DNA of 42,894 nucleotides from a virus. Lineage: Duplodnaviria > Caudoviricetes. This document shows, in pieces, positions 29,101 through 38,275 of this stretch. Position 1 is the first letter of the stretch; every line of letters begins with the position of its first letter. The stretch covers positions 1 through 42,894 of IMG/VR virus record IMGVR_UViG_3300030372_002956. One strand, written 5' to 3'. The position numbers and the translations under genes are program-made. Below the pieces are notes generated by a model, which saw nothing but the letters and a program-made list of their open reading frames with translations, was not told the origin of the DNA and did not search any database.

Positions 29101-32100
29101 AACCAACTACCATCTTCATCTGTAATAGGTTTTTCGAGAACAAAATAATAAACACCTTGATTAAATACTGGGGGTGTTGCTGCTTGTGTTGCGGTTCCTT
29201 GCGCATCACTATCAACAGTGAATTTAGCAACTTTATATTTTTCAGTTTCTTTTCCTGAAATTGGTTGATAAAAACTAACCGCATATGGTTCAGCACCATC
29301 TAAAGAAGCACTAGTATAAAAGTCAAAATGAGTTTTATCTATATTAAAAGCTATAACGCCTTGTTGTAAAATATTACCTCCACCAACTGGTATCATAGAT
29401 ATTATATTACCCGAAGTACTACTAATAGCATTAACACAATCTTGACCAGCTACTTCACCTAGTTTTTTCCAAGATGTTTTAATATATTCTGGAGCTTCGT
29501 TTTCTATTGCTACAATTTTATACTTTCCAACATCTTTCATCGCAATGTTAGTATCAGTTGCTTTTTTAAGTATTAAATAAGTTTCTTCATCAACTTTATT
29601 TCTTTCAGCAGAAGGGAAAGACATCCATATACCACCGTCTTTAGCTCTATAAACCCTATCCATTGCTAAATTATAATATTCACTAGTTGTTTCTTTTACA
29701 AATATTTTAAAGTGAGTTGCCCATTTTGGTGGTGGGTTTTCTACTTTAGCAAATATTTGATTGTAACTATCAGATCTTTGTTTAGTAATAGTAAATACAC
29801 TTCCTTGACTAGATAATACAGATGATTCTCTACCAAATTCATCAGAATAAACAACACCTAGTTGATATTCTCTTTCAGATTTAACAGATTTACCACCAAA
29901 ACCTATTTCAGTTGGAATCTCTCTTGTTCTTACATTACCAACAACTAAAGGTGTTATTTTGTTTTCAGTGGCATCTAACAAATTATAATCTTGTACATAG
30001 TTACCATAAACAATTCTATTACCAACAACTTCTTGTGCTAAAGCTTTTCTTGGTACATTATCAAAAGGTCTTAACAATTGATTTGATGGTAAAGCCGTGA
30101 ATATACTTTCTGATTCTATAGTATAAGAACCTTGTGCAAATAAACCAGGTGAATTCCAAGCGTTTATAGTTGCTGGTGGATAAACAGCATCTTCAGGTTT
30201 TACATTATCAACTAAATATATATTTGCAGAATCTTCATCTTTGTAAACAATATCAACTTGTACAACATCATCTGGTGTTTCGCTATTAATTAAATCTTTA
30301 ACCTCTATGCTTTTTAGATTATTGATCATAGCTTTATTAACAGCATCTTTTGAATCATAATCAAAATTACCGGGAGAAAAAACAGCATCAGTAAAAGGTC
30401 CAAAAGAAGAATATTCACCATCTTCATACCTATATCTTAATGCTAATCTTGGAAATTTACGTTCAAATAGATTAGATTCTTTATCCTCCATTCTAACATC
30501 CCAATATTGCCATCCTTTAGGAGTATCTTGAGATATACTTATTATTTCAACTCTAAACATTCTTTGATGTACAAAATGATATGCATTATCGTTACGCGAT
30601 ATTGTACCAGTAGGTACACCATTAGAATCTACAGAAAAAGGTGGTAGCCATACAGCGTAAGGAACGTTCATAGGTTGTAGTTCAGGCCATCCAGATTGTT
30701 CAGGTTGAAACTCTTCTGTAATTTCAGCTCTAATATAATCTTGCCCGTCGTCTCTATGTGAAAATATAACTACATCACCTATCGCTGAAGCACCATTTTT
30801 CCACGGTATATTACCTTTTGCTCCTAGTGTTGGACCAATTGTTATTGCTTGACCAGGATTGGTAGGATCTTCTATCGTATACGGTGTAGTATTTTCTTCT
30901 TCCTCATCAATAGGTTGGAATGTCAAAACTTTGTTTACGCCTGGAGAAGGTAAAACACCCTCACCTTCCCAAGACCAATCCCAGAATATATTACCGTTAC
31001 CCAACACAGTATCTCTAGTTCCGTCCGCAATAGTAGTTGTTGGTAATCCAGAGGTATTATTAACAGTATGGTATTGAGCGTGATCCATTATAGTACCATT
31101 AGTAAATGGAGCGGCTGTAGCTTGAAACTCTATAGCTGGAGGTGTTGTAGGTGCTTTTTTAATTACAGTTGCATTTTCTAATTTTATAGCTATTTGTGTA
31201 TCTACACCATTTGTAACTAAAGTGGTATGCATCATACCATTTGCATTAGTACCTTGTTTACTACGTGGTATACTTATTTTTTTAGGTTCTGAAATATTAT
31301 CAGTCCAAAATAACATGTCATCAACTATATTTATACCTGTTATGAGTTGTTCTTTTCTAAAATTTAAAATTCTAGGATTTTCTATTTCTACAAACCAATA
31401 TTGAGTGTAAAGAGGATCTCCCTCTATAATTAGTTTTTCTGTAGGATTTAAAGGTGGTTCTATTTTAAAAACGTCTTTAATAACACCACTATGAAAATTA
31501 CTACTCATAGGTAAGTCACCTAAATCTTGTTGAATCCTAACCTCTGTAATAGTGTGTTCATGTTTTACTAAATAGCTGTTTGTTGTTATTGGTGTTACAG
31601 CGTAATAAAAGTTTAATTTAGCTCCTTTTTGTATACCATTTATACCTGTTGTTTGACCGTTGGCTAGTGTTAAATTATCTGGTGCTACTAAATAATCACC
31701 TCTTATAAGTTGTTGACTACCTCCAAATCTTGTATAAGCGGGTTTAAACCATTTAGTATGTACATCAACAAATATAGGATTTGTAGTATTGTCTTTATAT
31801 TCAAGTATTGTATCTTTAAACTCTATACCATCACCTGTAGTGTAAAAAGCACCATCTGCTCCACCTGTTAAACCATTTGGATATGCACTTGTCCAATAAG
31901 ATTGCCAAGGACCAAAAGTAGCTGTATTATCACCACCACTATCTTGCGTGGCTGTTTCCAATAAATTTGTTTTAGGAGGACCGGCATTTAGCCAGTATAA
32001 GGAATCTGATTTTTCATCAGGAATACTACCAACACAGAAATCCGTTGCGTTAGCAACACTTGGTACAATTGTATTACCAAGTAGATTTTGTACGGCCCCA

Positions 32101-32228
32101 ACATCAGAACCATCTGAAGTTGAAACTTGCACGTTCATAGCATCTCTATATTCACCGTTGGGAACAAGTCTCTCATCGAGATCTTTGTTCATTTTACCAC
32201 CGGTAAAAGTATTTTTAATCTCTGACAT
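23175..32228 (-). CDS. Tail nozzle/'stabilization' protein (P22 gp10 / crAss muzzle-like) with a ~1000-aa Cys-rich C-terminal extension
   Basis: N-terminus F-x2-GKMNKDLDERLVPNGEYRDAMN; ITGINIVDDMLFWTDN; beta-propeller-like YGISKDPESFA...YFTD...GWTSFKSF; then GCxD repeats. Confidence 0.75.
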   Translation of the reverse strand: MSEIKNTFTGGKMNKDLDERLVPNGEYRDAMNVQVSTSDGSDVGAVQNLLGNTIVPSVANATDFCVGSIPDEKSDSLYWLNAGPPKTNLLETATQDSGGDNTATFGPWQSYWTSAYPNGLTGGADGAFYTTGDGIEFKDTILEYKDNTTNPIFVDVHTKWFKPAYTRFGGSQQLIRGDYLVAPDNLTLANGQTTGINGIQKGAKLNFYYAVTPITTNSYLVKHEHTITEVRIQQDLGDLPMSSNFHSGVIKDVFKIEPPLNPTEKLIIEGDPLYTQYWFVEIENPRILNFRKEQLITGINIVDDMLFWTDNISEPKKISIPRSKQGTNANGMMHTTLVTNGVDTQIAIKLENATVIKKAPTTPPAIEFQATAAPFTNGTIMDHAQYHTVNNTSGLPTTTIADGTRDTVLGNGNIFWDWSWEGEGVLPSPGVNKVLTFQPIDEEEENTTPYTIEDPTNPGQAITIGPTLGAKGNIPWKNGASAIGDVVIFSHRDDGQDYIRAEITEEFQPEQSGWPELQPMNVPYAVWLPPFSVDSNGVPTGTISRNDNAYHFVHQRMFRVEIISISQDTPKGWQYWDVRMEDKESNLFERKFPRLALRYRYEDGEYSSFGPFTDAVFSPGNFDYDSKDAVNKAMINNLKSIEVKDLINSETPDDVVQVDIVYKDEDSANIYLVDNVKPEDAVYPPATINAWNSPGLFAQGSYTIESESIFTALPSNQLLRPFDNVPRKALAQEVVGNRIVYGNYVQDYNLLDATENKITPLVVGNVRTREIPTEIGFGGKSVKSEREYQLGVVYSDEFGRESSVLSSQGSVFTITKQRSDSYNQIFAKVENPPPKWATHFKIFVKETTSEYYNLAMDRVYRAKDGGIWMSFPSAERNKVDEETYLILKKATDTNIAMKDVGKYKIVAIENEAPEYIKTSWKKLGEVAGQDCVNAISSTSGNIISMIPVGGGNILQQGVIAFNIDKTHFDFYTSASLDGAEPYAVSFYQPISGKETEKYKVAKFTVDSDAQGTATQAATPPVFNQGVYYFVLEKPITDEDGSWLETSAGVNDPDAGIKIYVKKVDNKPEFDGRFFVKIIRDSIIDTHITTLIKPTLSNYIVNKSAQLHWVADGDAPNSSDFQGTRISTSKPAWVTNTATLDADSDGNPDNTVSLVNHYTGNTSSSSQHIQDWASSSNSEGVIGSNNEGEWFIDNAYYAGTQPGNDTNPSSAFSFTQYDATTFGNPNYPENYGRGIYTDGSKVYMELSFSVLGIDRLFNDLDTLEAWEEAENLDDHQVMISALRKQDQKFVINGDETQYKIVSWSIQRRYNHTSLNEANASWNNPTNTTTTDPLIQTHFGNSNVDGALTSANQSNAFGKNHNRRLTFTLEIEPVDVGGSDFYTYISGQNLGNMGPINTSRNFVIDFIEDYIDSASFDSEMSDNPTIWETEPKQKEGLDLYYEATRKFKGVIFGDENVSELIPFPVNPNSPDVLSTLTRRINSPIMLPPINPYHKILKADYLTKWDGVDPESWVRIQLAAPYNAGGQSANIVPAQFAFQGMCIGSMYIASHPNYTPGCWHLGESTTSAILVEPLLNGDTYIVDLPDGSSFELELDWTKTRAYWDDEAPGLAGLIYFFSPVVWNNKIGLSWYNCISFGNGVESDRIRDDFNALQLSNGVKVSRPGEDQYKEQHLKSSLIFSGLYNAKTGINNLNQFITAEGITKDLNPSYGSIQKLHARDTDLVTLCEDKIIKVLSNKDAVFNADENPQLLATNRVLGQSIPFSGEYGISKDPESFASEAYRAYFTDRQRGKVIRLSRDGITPISDYGMNDWFNDNLKIRTTLYGSYDIKRGSYNLTMWVEGDKHHTVSFNEKVKGWTSFKSFIPESALSLSGEYFTIKTGLLYQHHIENNVERNTFYGIFTPSTVNVLLNSNPEIVKNFQTLNYEGSQAKIDAFVSGVVDGVTYTDNQYYNLEQKKGWYVEKIKTNCEDGTVNEFIDKECKWFNYIKGSQTNTISDIDPSQFSFQGIADASTVTVIAASGCMDDGNCSTSTCGYDSNTPSGCTPGIDCIAAINYDAQAISDDGSCYYYLGCTNPNAFNYDPNADFDDGSCMPVILGCTDPTMYNYDASANTNNGLCIPYIYGCTDSNAINYDSNANTPCDNNNVGCDNIIVNCTGPGTGTGGCCESPVDGCTDPNALNYNSNANNDDGSCVYPFFACIDPLATNTVDPTYLSPIQQAVACTNPNDCTTSYNATLSGNWVDGTACTGSNLNDLCCDYGGCPESVSGYSHHPGFAPNSDPNVVVDDGSCVMCGPLDNTGGGGFDVNQVSLTPNVNPTTGVLSINLTFDNHTAQTTGSSSNAPFQLEWAYREQSCVSTGNHSAWAFDSVNQTFLDSCVTHYGTTTINTLVDLPLPQSVLVGANNLAPGATYDFALRLRCARSFWGTGQPDSVYDQWYTGGELQNATALIPGCTDPNASNYPTVALPLVADYEDGSCEYETCTLSTANNQYIWNGVILGGPNQGVPNTPHPTVTNSGTWIHMLNLCDTQLYGCMDNLANNYNGSATASCIDPTGTTYPSQTGCTPCDFSCPVASGVEFGAGTGATPNINMHNTIHVTGYTPGTYAGASVYIEVRWKEQNTTLPWSAWQGPLQPNAVINHVFISGKTYDFEYRTICPTNTSTPGSANPVSTQQPPPPPASFDCDGMGNCNDPGTGLGAYSTLLDCQNNCSTPSCPDHTQAQNSQTGGTHVAYAETPGTYSVNAAGYRSYVGDANDPAQYALNLQVDCNTVTPSGQGSGPARIAADYIIKFSNQVYDPHVGANRQVFTDSINGTGAGNHSTINRVVVKWKTQPAYGDSFNLQGTSYGSISPYPSPPKHQSPSHTPQQTTAELSDASFNTQFSGGLSGIFSCDVNDCYFRITARKQGHISSTHAMVDSNGTSAAQGCNGGWGIYRPSVRYKCVSSANANTSGNMFADAFFDAAVQTSANYPANWNGIITGNFQPNPAFGSGSTIGASHILVPVHGCTDNTATNYNPDADYDDGSCTY
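25670..26190 (-). repeat. GCxD...DDGSC protein repeats in the nozzle extension
   Basis: Five clustered units; further copies near 24640, 24890 and at the extreme C-terminus (about 23180-23250). Confidence 0.85.
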
Positions 32229-32231
32229 TTA

Positions 32232-33656
32232 TTAATGTTTTATCCATTTAGATTTACCTCTAAATACTTGAGTAATTTCTTCTAATTTAATATTTGATAA
32301 TCTTAATTTTGCTTTTCTAATCTCAGCAAATCTTTCTTTTTTAAATCTAGCTATAACATATTCTGGAGTATTTATACGTGTAGATAATACAGCGTAAGCT
32401 ATATGTTTATACATGGCTTCTTCAGCAAATTTGTGAACTTTCATTTCTTCGTTAGTACCTAATCCATCACTTAAATAATCTAATACAATTGTTTTACCAG
32501 ATAAGTTTGAACTAAAATGTATTTTTCCAGAATCACAATCAACATAAAACGAACCATTAGACTGTGCATGTTGAGGGTCTAAACCATATCTTTCCCCATT
32601 TAGTTTCCAATAAGTTTCGTCTTCATAATCATCGTTATTTTCTGATGGTGTTGTTGAACTATAATTACCCCATGTTGTGGATTCATCTCCCCATCCAACT
32701 CTAATTAATTCAATATTATCTATAGTAACATTACCAGCAGTGCTGCCGTTTTGTCTAAAACCAATACTTCTAGCTGGAAACGTATTAGTACGTGTTATAC
32801 CTGTAGACAAATCAATTTCTTGAGTATAAGTACCATCAGCACTAACTTGAGTTCCATATTTATAGTTTCGATTTTCATCAACAATTATCCACTCATAAGT
32901 ACCAGAACTATAACCACTCAAAGTAAAAGTAATTTGATATTTTTCACCACTTAATATTGGTAAGTTTCGCATTTGAAATCCATGTTTATCTGGTAAATTA
33001 TAACCTATTATTTTATTTTGCCCAGAATGTTGATTAGCCTGTGGAGGATGTGTGGTGTGAAACCAACCAACTGAATTTGTTATTGGGTCTGCCGCTGTGT
33101 CAGCAGCCGTAACTACAGCTGAGAATTGCGAAGCGTTGTTTTCTATATTGAAATTTAAATACCAACCTGATGATATTGGAGTAGCGTTTTGGGAAGCTTG
33201 TAAAGTAGAATTTGTTAATAAATTACCAGATTCTATAAAACTACCATCAGTATCAAAAACAAAATCACCATCATCATCTTGTTGTGGTCTAAACGGGTTA
33301 CTAGTTTTACAATTTGTAGGATAAAGCCTGTGTTTTATACCTGAATCATCTGACCAACTTATTTTAGTCCAATTAACGTAATCTTGAGGTATAGTCATTT
33401 GTAAACTAGCTGGTAAATCTATTTCCATAGACTTACAAGACTTAAAAGTATCAAATGATAATTCTTGCATAGCTCTTTGAGCAAAAAAACCAACATCAGA
33501 TCTTTTTACTTTAGATATTATTTTATCTTCTCCAACATAACCAATCATAAATTGATTTATAATATCAATTAAAGATATAAATTGATAATTTTGTAATTGA
33601 GAATTATTACCTGTATAATAATTTTGAGAAGTAATACTTGGGTCTATTAATGCCAT
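32232..33656 (-). CDS. Head-tail connector/ring protein with inserted jelly-roll domain
   Basis: Helical N- and C-terminal core (QRAMQELSFD...IPQDYVN; YLSDGL...VHKFAEEAMY) interrupted by about 190 aa of beta sequence. Confidence 0.65.
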   Translation of the reverse strand: MALIDPSITSQNYYTGNNSQLQNYQFISLIDIINQFMIGYVGEDKIISKVKRSDVGFFAQRAMQELSFDTFKSCKSMEIDLPASLQMTIPQDYVNWTKISWSDDSGIKHRLYPTNCKTSNPFRPQQDDDGDFVFDTDGSFIESGNLLTNSTLQASQNATPISSGWYLNFNIENNASQFSAVVTAADTAADPITNSVGWFHTTHPPQANQHSGQNKIIGYNLPDKHGFQMRNLPILSGEKYQITFTLSGYSSGTYEWIIVDENRNYKYGTQVSADGTYTQEIDLSTGITRTNTFPARSIGFRQNGSTAGNVTIDNIELIRVGWGDESTTWGNYSSTTPSENNDDYEDETYWKLNGERYGLDPQHAQSNGSFYVDCDSGKIHFSSNLSGKTIVLDYLSDGLGTNEEMKVHKFAEEAMYKHIAYAVLSTRINTPEYVIARFKKERFAEIRKAKLRLSNIKLEEITQVFRGKSKWIKH

Positions 33657-33659
33657 ATA

Positions 33660-34361
33660 TTATGCTTGTTTTTCTTGTTGAACTTTTGCTATTTCTAAAG
33701 AGTTGGAAGATTGTATAACATCTGGTTTTTTAAGTGTTATTCCTGCGTAACCTAATATTTTGTAAACTAATTCGTTTTCTTCAGCATGATGCAATTCAAA
33801 GTCTGTAGATGATCCAGCGTTATATAATGCTTTTTCGTTTAATACAACGTATCCCCAAATAACTTTGTTAGGTATTTTTATATAACTAATTTCTATACTA
33901 CTACCTATTGGTGGTTGTATATAGATATTATTGTTTTGAACGTAATACATATAATTCTCCATAGAAGCACCTGTATTAGAAGGATCTGTTAATTTTGATT
34001 TTCTTCTGAGTTTATATTCGTTATAATTAATTTCTTCTATTTCATTAAAACCTGAATAAAGAGATCCTATTTTATACATGTTTGTAATAGCAGTCATGTT
34101 AATAATACCATTTGTAGCAGCAACCGAAGTTGTGACACGTAGAATATTTAATTTTTCATCTATTAAACCAACCATATCTGAATATTCAGTGCTATTACCA
34201 TGTAGATTATGGAATTGATTTATGTCATAAAAATACTGTTCTAGTATTTCCATTTGAGCTTGGTTAGCATATAGATTAAACTCTTGTGGAGTTATGTAAC
34301 CTCTTTGTTCTTTGTTTGCTAAAGCTAAAACTCTTTGATATACTGTATCTACGCTTACCAT
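33660..34361 (-). CDS. Head-tail adaptor/ring protein
   Basis: VYQRVLALANKEQRGYITPQEFNLYANQAQ...SYIKIP...DFELH; located between capsid and nozzle genes. Confidence 0.65.
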   Translation of the reverse strand: MVSVDTVYQRVLALANKEQRGYITPQEFNLYANQAQMEILEQYFYDINQFHNLHGNSTEYSDMVGLIDEKLNILRVTTSVAATNGIINMTAITNMYKIGSLYSGFNEIEEINYNEYKLRRKSKLTDPSNTGASMENYMYYVQNNNIYIQPPIGSSIEISYIKIPNKVIWGYVVLNEKALYNAGSSTDFELHHAEENELVYKILGYAGITLKKPDVIQSSNSLEIAKVQQEKQA

Positions 34362-34367
34362 ATTTTT

Positions 34368-34538
34368 TTATTTATTATAATTGTACGGAAACAATTCGTT
34401 TAATTTATCTTGTCTTTTAGCACAGCCACAATCTTTACCTGTAGCTTCACTAATTTTTTCAACAACTTTTTTAATTCCAGTTGCTTTTGTAATTTTTTCT
34501 ATTGTATCACCTAATCCTTTTGATTTATTTTTTTCCAT
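34368..34538 (-). CDS. 56-aa GLGD/DCGC small protein (not in ORF track)
   Basis: MEKNKSKGLGDTIEKITKATGIKKVVEKISEATGKDCGCAKRQDKLNELFPYNYNK*; fills the gap between 34361 and the hairpin. Confidence 0.8.
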   Translation of the reverse strand: MEKNKSKGLGDTIEKITKATGIKKVVEKISEATGKDCGCAKRQDKLNELFPYNYNK

Positions 34539-34550
34539 ATAATTAAATTT

Positions 34551-34587
34551 TGTAGTTACGATCGCCCCGTAGGGCGACCGCTCTACA
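34551..34587 (-). other. Stable RNA hairpin with cUACGg tetraloop and no U-tract
   Basis: TGTAG-ag-CGGTCGCCC-TACG-GGGCGATCG-taa-CTACA on the - strand. Confidence 0.8.
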
Positions 34588-34593
34588 GTTTGA

Positions 34594-35460
34594 TTAAGAA
34601 TTTAATCTTTTTTCAATATTGGAGTAAATCTCCATTCCTTCATCAGTTTTAAACCAAGCGGCTAAAGCTGAGTATGGATGTTCATCAAACGGAACATTCA
34701 TTAGTTTTCTATTGTTAGAACCCCATGAAAAAGTTCTTTGATCAGAAGATAGTTTAATAATATTAAGTTCAGTTGCTTTAATACCAAAATTTCTAAGAAC
34801 AACATTTTCATCGTTAACTAAATCTAAAAACAATTTAGGATCTCTTCTAGCATATAGTAACAAATCACGCTTAAGTTCTTTAGAACTCATCTTAGATACC
34901 TCAGAACCAATCTCTACACGCATGATAGCTTCTGCCATATCAATATCAATGTTTTTGGCAGCGTTTAAAGCTTCTATTTCCATTTCTAACCAAGCTATTT
35001 CATTTGTTGCTTTTACAGCTGGTTTTTCTTCATAAAACATAATGTCTCTATCAGGATGATATAATGAAAGTAGTTTTTGTAAAACTGTCTTTTCTTTTTC
35101 AACTATTAACATACCATTTCTAAAAACAATATGTTCCATTCTTTGATCACCTTTCATTTCATCTACAAAACAAGTTTTTTGATTTTGACAATACTTAAGT
35201 TCTCTTTCGTATCCTTTCTCTTCATCAAACCAATGTATGTTTGCTGCTCTAATAGATCTTGATAAAGGTTTTTTATCACCTTTTAATCTGTATATTCTGT
35301 GTTTTATTTCCCAACCATCATTAGTCATTTTACCTTTAGGTTCAACTCTTTTTGGTTTGTCAGTAATTACAGTTTCAACTGTTTCTTTAATTTCTGGTTG
35401 TTCTACAACCATTGTAGTATCTTCAACTACTATATTTTCTTTTTTTGTTTTCTTTGCCAT
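34594..35460 (-). CDS. Conserved hypothetical protein downstream of the major capsid gene
   Basis: 288 aa; disordered charged N-terminus, then a globular region; late operon position. Confidence 0.6.
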   Translation of the reverse strand: MAKKTKKENIVVEDTTMVVEQPEIKETVETVITDKPKRVEPKGKMTNDGWEIKHRIYRLKGDKKPLSRSIRAANIHWFDEEKGYERELKYCQNQKTCFVDEMKGDQRMEHIVFRNGMLIVEKEKTVLQKLLSLYHPDRDIMFYEEKPAVKATNEIAWLEMEIEALNAAKNIDIDMAEAIMRVEIGSEVSKMSSKELKRDLLLYARRDPKLFLDLVNDENVVLRNFGIKATELNIIKLSSDQRTFSWGSNNRKLMNVPFDEHPYSALAAWFKTDEGMEIYSNIEKRLNS

Positions 35461-35484
35461 AATATAATATATAATAAAATTAAT

Positions 35485-35522
35485 AAAAATAAAGGGAGTG
35501 GAGACTAAGCTCCACCCTCTTT
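35485..35522 (-). terminator. Intrinsic terminator after the major capsid gene
   Basis: AAAGAGGGTGGAG-cttagt-CTCCACTCCCTTT-ATTTTT on the - strand. Confidence 0.8.
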
Positions 35523-35534
35523 AAAATAATGTGC

Positions 35535-37025
35535 TTATTTTAATAACATAAAGTTATTAGCACCTTGTGTAACTAAACATCTTTCAGATAAGTAGTGTAC
35601 TTGCATTGCGTCTAAAGCAGATGTAGCAGCACCAACAGAACCAGTAACCCAAGTTTTCATTCTTCGGTCATCAGTTTGTGAAGCTCTATATCTAACATGT
35701 AAGAAAGGACGCTTAAGGTTTCTTCCTAATTGTTGATCATAAACTGAAGATACACCAGCTGGAATCATAACTCCTCTGATAGCAGCAGAACCAGCAGTAT
35801 CATTAATACCACCTCTTGTTGCTTTATCATTTAAGTATCTCATATCAGATTTATAGAAATCATAAGAACCTCTACGGAATCCAGAGAAACCTAAGTTTAA
35901 CGCCATGTCTTCAGAGTTATCAAATACTCCGTAAGAAGTACCACCTGATCCATATGAATTCATTGAAGCTAACATATCATCCATTGCTAACGATACACTT
36001 CTATTAACAAACATCATGTTTTCTTCAATAGCACCTTGATTATCAAACTCAGCTAAGATAGCATCGAATTCAGCTAAATCAGTAGCTGCATTAACACCAG
36101 TAATACCAGAAGTTAAATTACCTCTAGATTCGATAGCCGCGAATAAACCTTCAGTACCTCTTGTTCCAATAGTATCAGCTGAACCTAAATTTCTAATTGA
36201 TTTATCAGCAAAACCAATAGGTGAACCAGTACTAGTTTTTTCAGCTTCTAACATTGCCATCTCTAAGTAATCAGTAAAACGCATTCTAGTTTCACCTTCA
36301 GCTTTTAAGTACCATAAGTAACCAGCCGTACCATCTTCACCAGAAACTTCAACCCAACCTATTTGCGAAGCGTCAGATCCAGAGATTTCATAGTAATCTT
36401 TCATGATAATTGGTTTGTTGCTAAAAGACTTGAAAGTAGGTGTTAAAGCTGTTCTTCTTTCATCGCTCCATGTACCAGTGTTATCAATATAAGATTGTCC
36501 TTTACCATACTCAGAACCAATAACTAGTAAAGTAACTGATTTAGTTGTTGTGCTATGACCAGCCATAGTAGCAGCATCATAAGCCTCAAGTGAAACAACA
36601 GCTGTAGCATCAGTTTCTACTACTAAAGCTCTAGTAACCTTACCAGCGCTAGCTACAAGTACGATATCATTAGTTCTAATACCATGAGTAGTAGTTAGTG
36701 TGTTACCATCTATGTCTGCTTCTACTTCAAAAGTACCTGTAGTATCACCAGCTACAACTACCTTACCTTTGTAAGATAAATGTAATCTTGATTGTTCAGA
36801 CCATACAACTTGATCAGATGTCATAGCCTCTTCAGCTCCTACTTGTGAAAGAAATCCTGAAATAGTTCTGTTACCGAATACTTCAGCTTCTTTCTCCATA
36901 AGATCTGGTAAATATTGTTGAGACCAGTCATTAGTCCCACTTGTAAAATCGATGTAATTTGAAGCTAGTGTTTGTTGCTGTGGAGCAGGCACACTATTCA
37001 AACTACCTCCTGCAGTAATTGCCAT
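35535..37025 (-). CDS. Major capsid protein
   Basis: 496 aa; order portal-scaffold-this gene-terminator; NKPIIMKDYYEISGSD...EGLFAAIESRG resembles HK97-fold capsids of Bacteroidota podoviruses. Confidence 0.8.
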   Translation of the reverse strand: MAITAGGSLNSVPAPQQQTLASNYIDFTSGTNDWSQQYLPDLMEKEAEVFGNRTISGFLSQVGAEEAMTSDQVVWSEQSRLHLSYKGKVVVAGDTTGTFEVEADIDGNTLTTTHGIRTNDIVLVASAGKVTRALVVETDATAVVSLEAYDAATMAGHSTTTKSVTLLVIGSEYGKGQSYIDNTGTWSDERRTALTPTFKSFSNKPIIMKDYYEISGSDASQIGWVEVSGEDGTAGYLWYLKAEGETRMRFTDYLEMAMLEAEKTSTGSPIGFADKSIRNLGSADTIGTRGTEGLFAAIESRGNLTSGITGVNAATDLAEFDAILAEFDNQGAIEENMMFVNRSVSLAMDDMLASMNSYGSGGTSYGVFDNSEDMALNLGFSGFRRGSYDFYKSDMRYLNDKATRGGINDTAGSAAIRGVMIPAGVSSVYDQQLGRNLKRPFLHVRYRASQTDDRRMKTWVTGSVGAATSALDAMQVHYLSERCLVTQGANNFMLLK

Positions 37026-37045
37026 AATTTTTATTTTTTAATTTG

Positions 37046-38275
37046 TTATTTATTTTTGTTTTTAATTTTAAACTTAAAATCATTAGAATTATCACCTAAC
37101 ACTCTGAACTTTAAACCACCTGTTTCTATTTTACCATGACTTTGTCTTGGATCCATATTAACGTTTTTGGCTTTAGCAACACTATTTTTCATAGCATCAG
37201 CTTTTCCTTGTTCATAAAAATGTTTTGCGACAGCATCAGCGTTCATAGCTGTATAAAGAGATTTATGATAACCCTCAATATCTTTAATATAATTATTTTT
37301 ATCTAAAAACTTTTTAGTAAAATTATTTAAATCAACTTGAGTATCTTTAATCTCTTCAGCATTGTTAACATTAAATCTGTATCTTTTATCACCAACGTTA
37401 TATTCAAAACCTTTGAACTTGTTGTTGAAAACATTATCTGTTTTCTTTAAAAAATCAGAGTTAATCGCCTTTGTCTCTTCTTGATTTTTGTTATATCTAT
37501 TAAAGAAATCCATAGCTTTTTGTTGCTCATTAGTGAGTTTACTTCCAGCTTTGATGTCTTCATAGTATTTGGACTTTTGCCCGTCCAAGTGGGCTCTAGC
37601 GCTGGCAACTTGCTCTTTTAACGCTAATTTTTTTCTTCTTATCTCTTTTTCGTCGTCACCTTCTTCGTCGTAAGAGAAAGAATCTTCCATAAGGAAGTTA
37701 ATTTCTTCTGCATTTAAATGCGGTTTTGTTTTTCTATAGTATTCGTATAATAAATCTTGATTATCTAATTTACTATAATCCGTATTTAAAGCTACGTAAT
37801 CATTTATATCACCACCAGTTTCTTCCATGAAGTCAACTAACTTTTGGATATTTTCAGGAAGAGGTTGACCTGTTGCTTCAGCTTCTGCTACTGCTTCAAC
37901 AACTTGCTCTTGCACTTCTTCAACTTTTTCATTTACTTTTTCATCAGTAATTTCTTCTAGCGTTGGAGTTTGTTGTGCTTCTGTTTCCGGTTGTACTTCT
38001 TCTTGTTTTTGTGGGGCGTCGGCATCTTTAGACTCTGGAGCCACTCCCTCGTTGTTAGTGTTATTTTCTTTAACTTCATCTTCTACTGGTTTTGGTGGTT
38101 TATTTAAATCAACCTTAGTTATAGATTCTTCTTCTATAATAGGTTTCATTTTCATTTTTTCTTTAACCTTAGTAACATTTCCTTTTGTTTCGTTACCGGT
38201 TGGTTGTTCTTTTTTTGCTTTTACTTTTAATTTACCAACCTCGTTATCTACGATTGGTTCTTCTTTTTTTGCCAT
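37046..38275 (-). CDS. Capsid scaffolding-like protein
   Basis: Acidic disordered N-half and helical C-half; sits between portal and capsid genes. Confidence 0.65.
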   Translation of the reverse strand: MAKKEEPIVDNEVGKLKVKAKKEQPTGNETKGNVTKVKEKMKMKPIIEEESITKVDLNKPPKPVEDEVKENNTNNEGVAPESKDADAPQKQEEVQPETEAQQTPTLEEITDEKVNEKVEEVQEQVVEAVAEAEATGQPLPENIQKLVDFMEETGGDINDYVALNTDYSKLDNQDLLYEYYRKTKPHLNAEEINFLMEDSFSYDEEGDDEKEIRRKKLALKEQVASARAHLDGQKSKYYEDIKAGSKLTNEQQKAMDFFNRYNKNQEETKAINSDFLKKTDNVFNNKFKGFEYNVGDKRYRFNVNNAEEIKDTQVDLNNFTKKFLDKNNYIKDIEGYHKSLYTAMNADAVAKHFYEQGKADAMKNSVAKAKNVNMDPRQSHGKIETGGLKFRVLGDNSNDFKFKIKNKNK

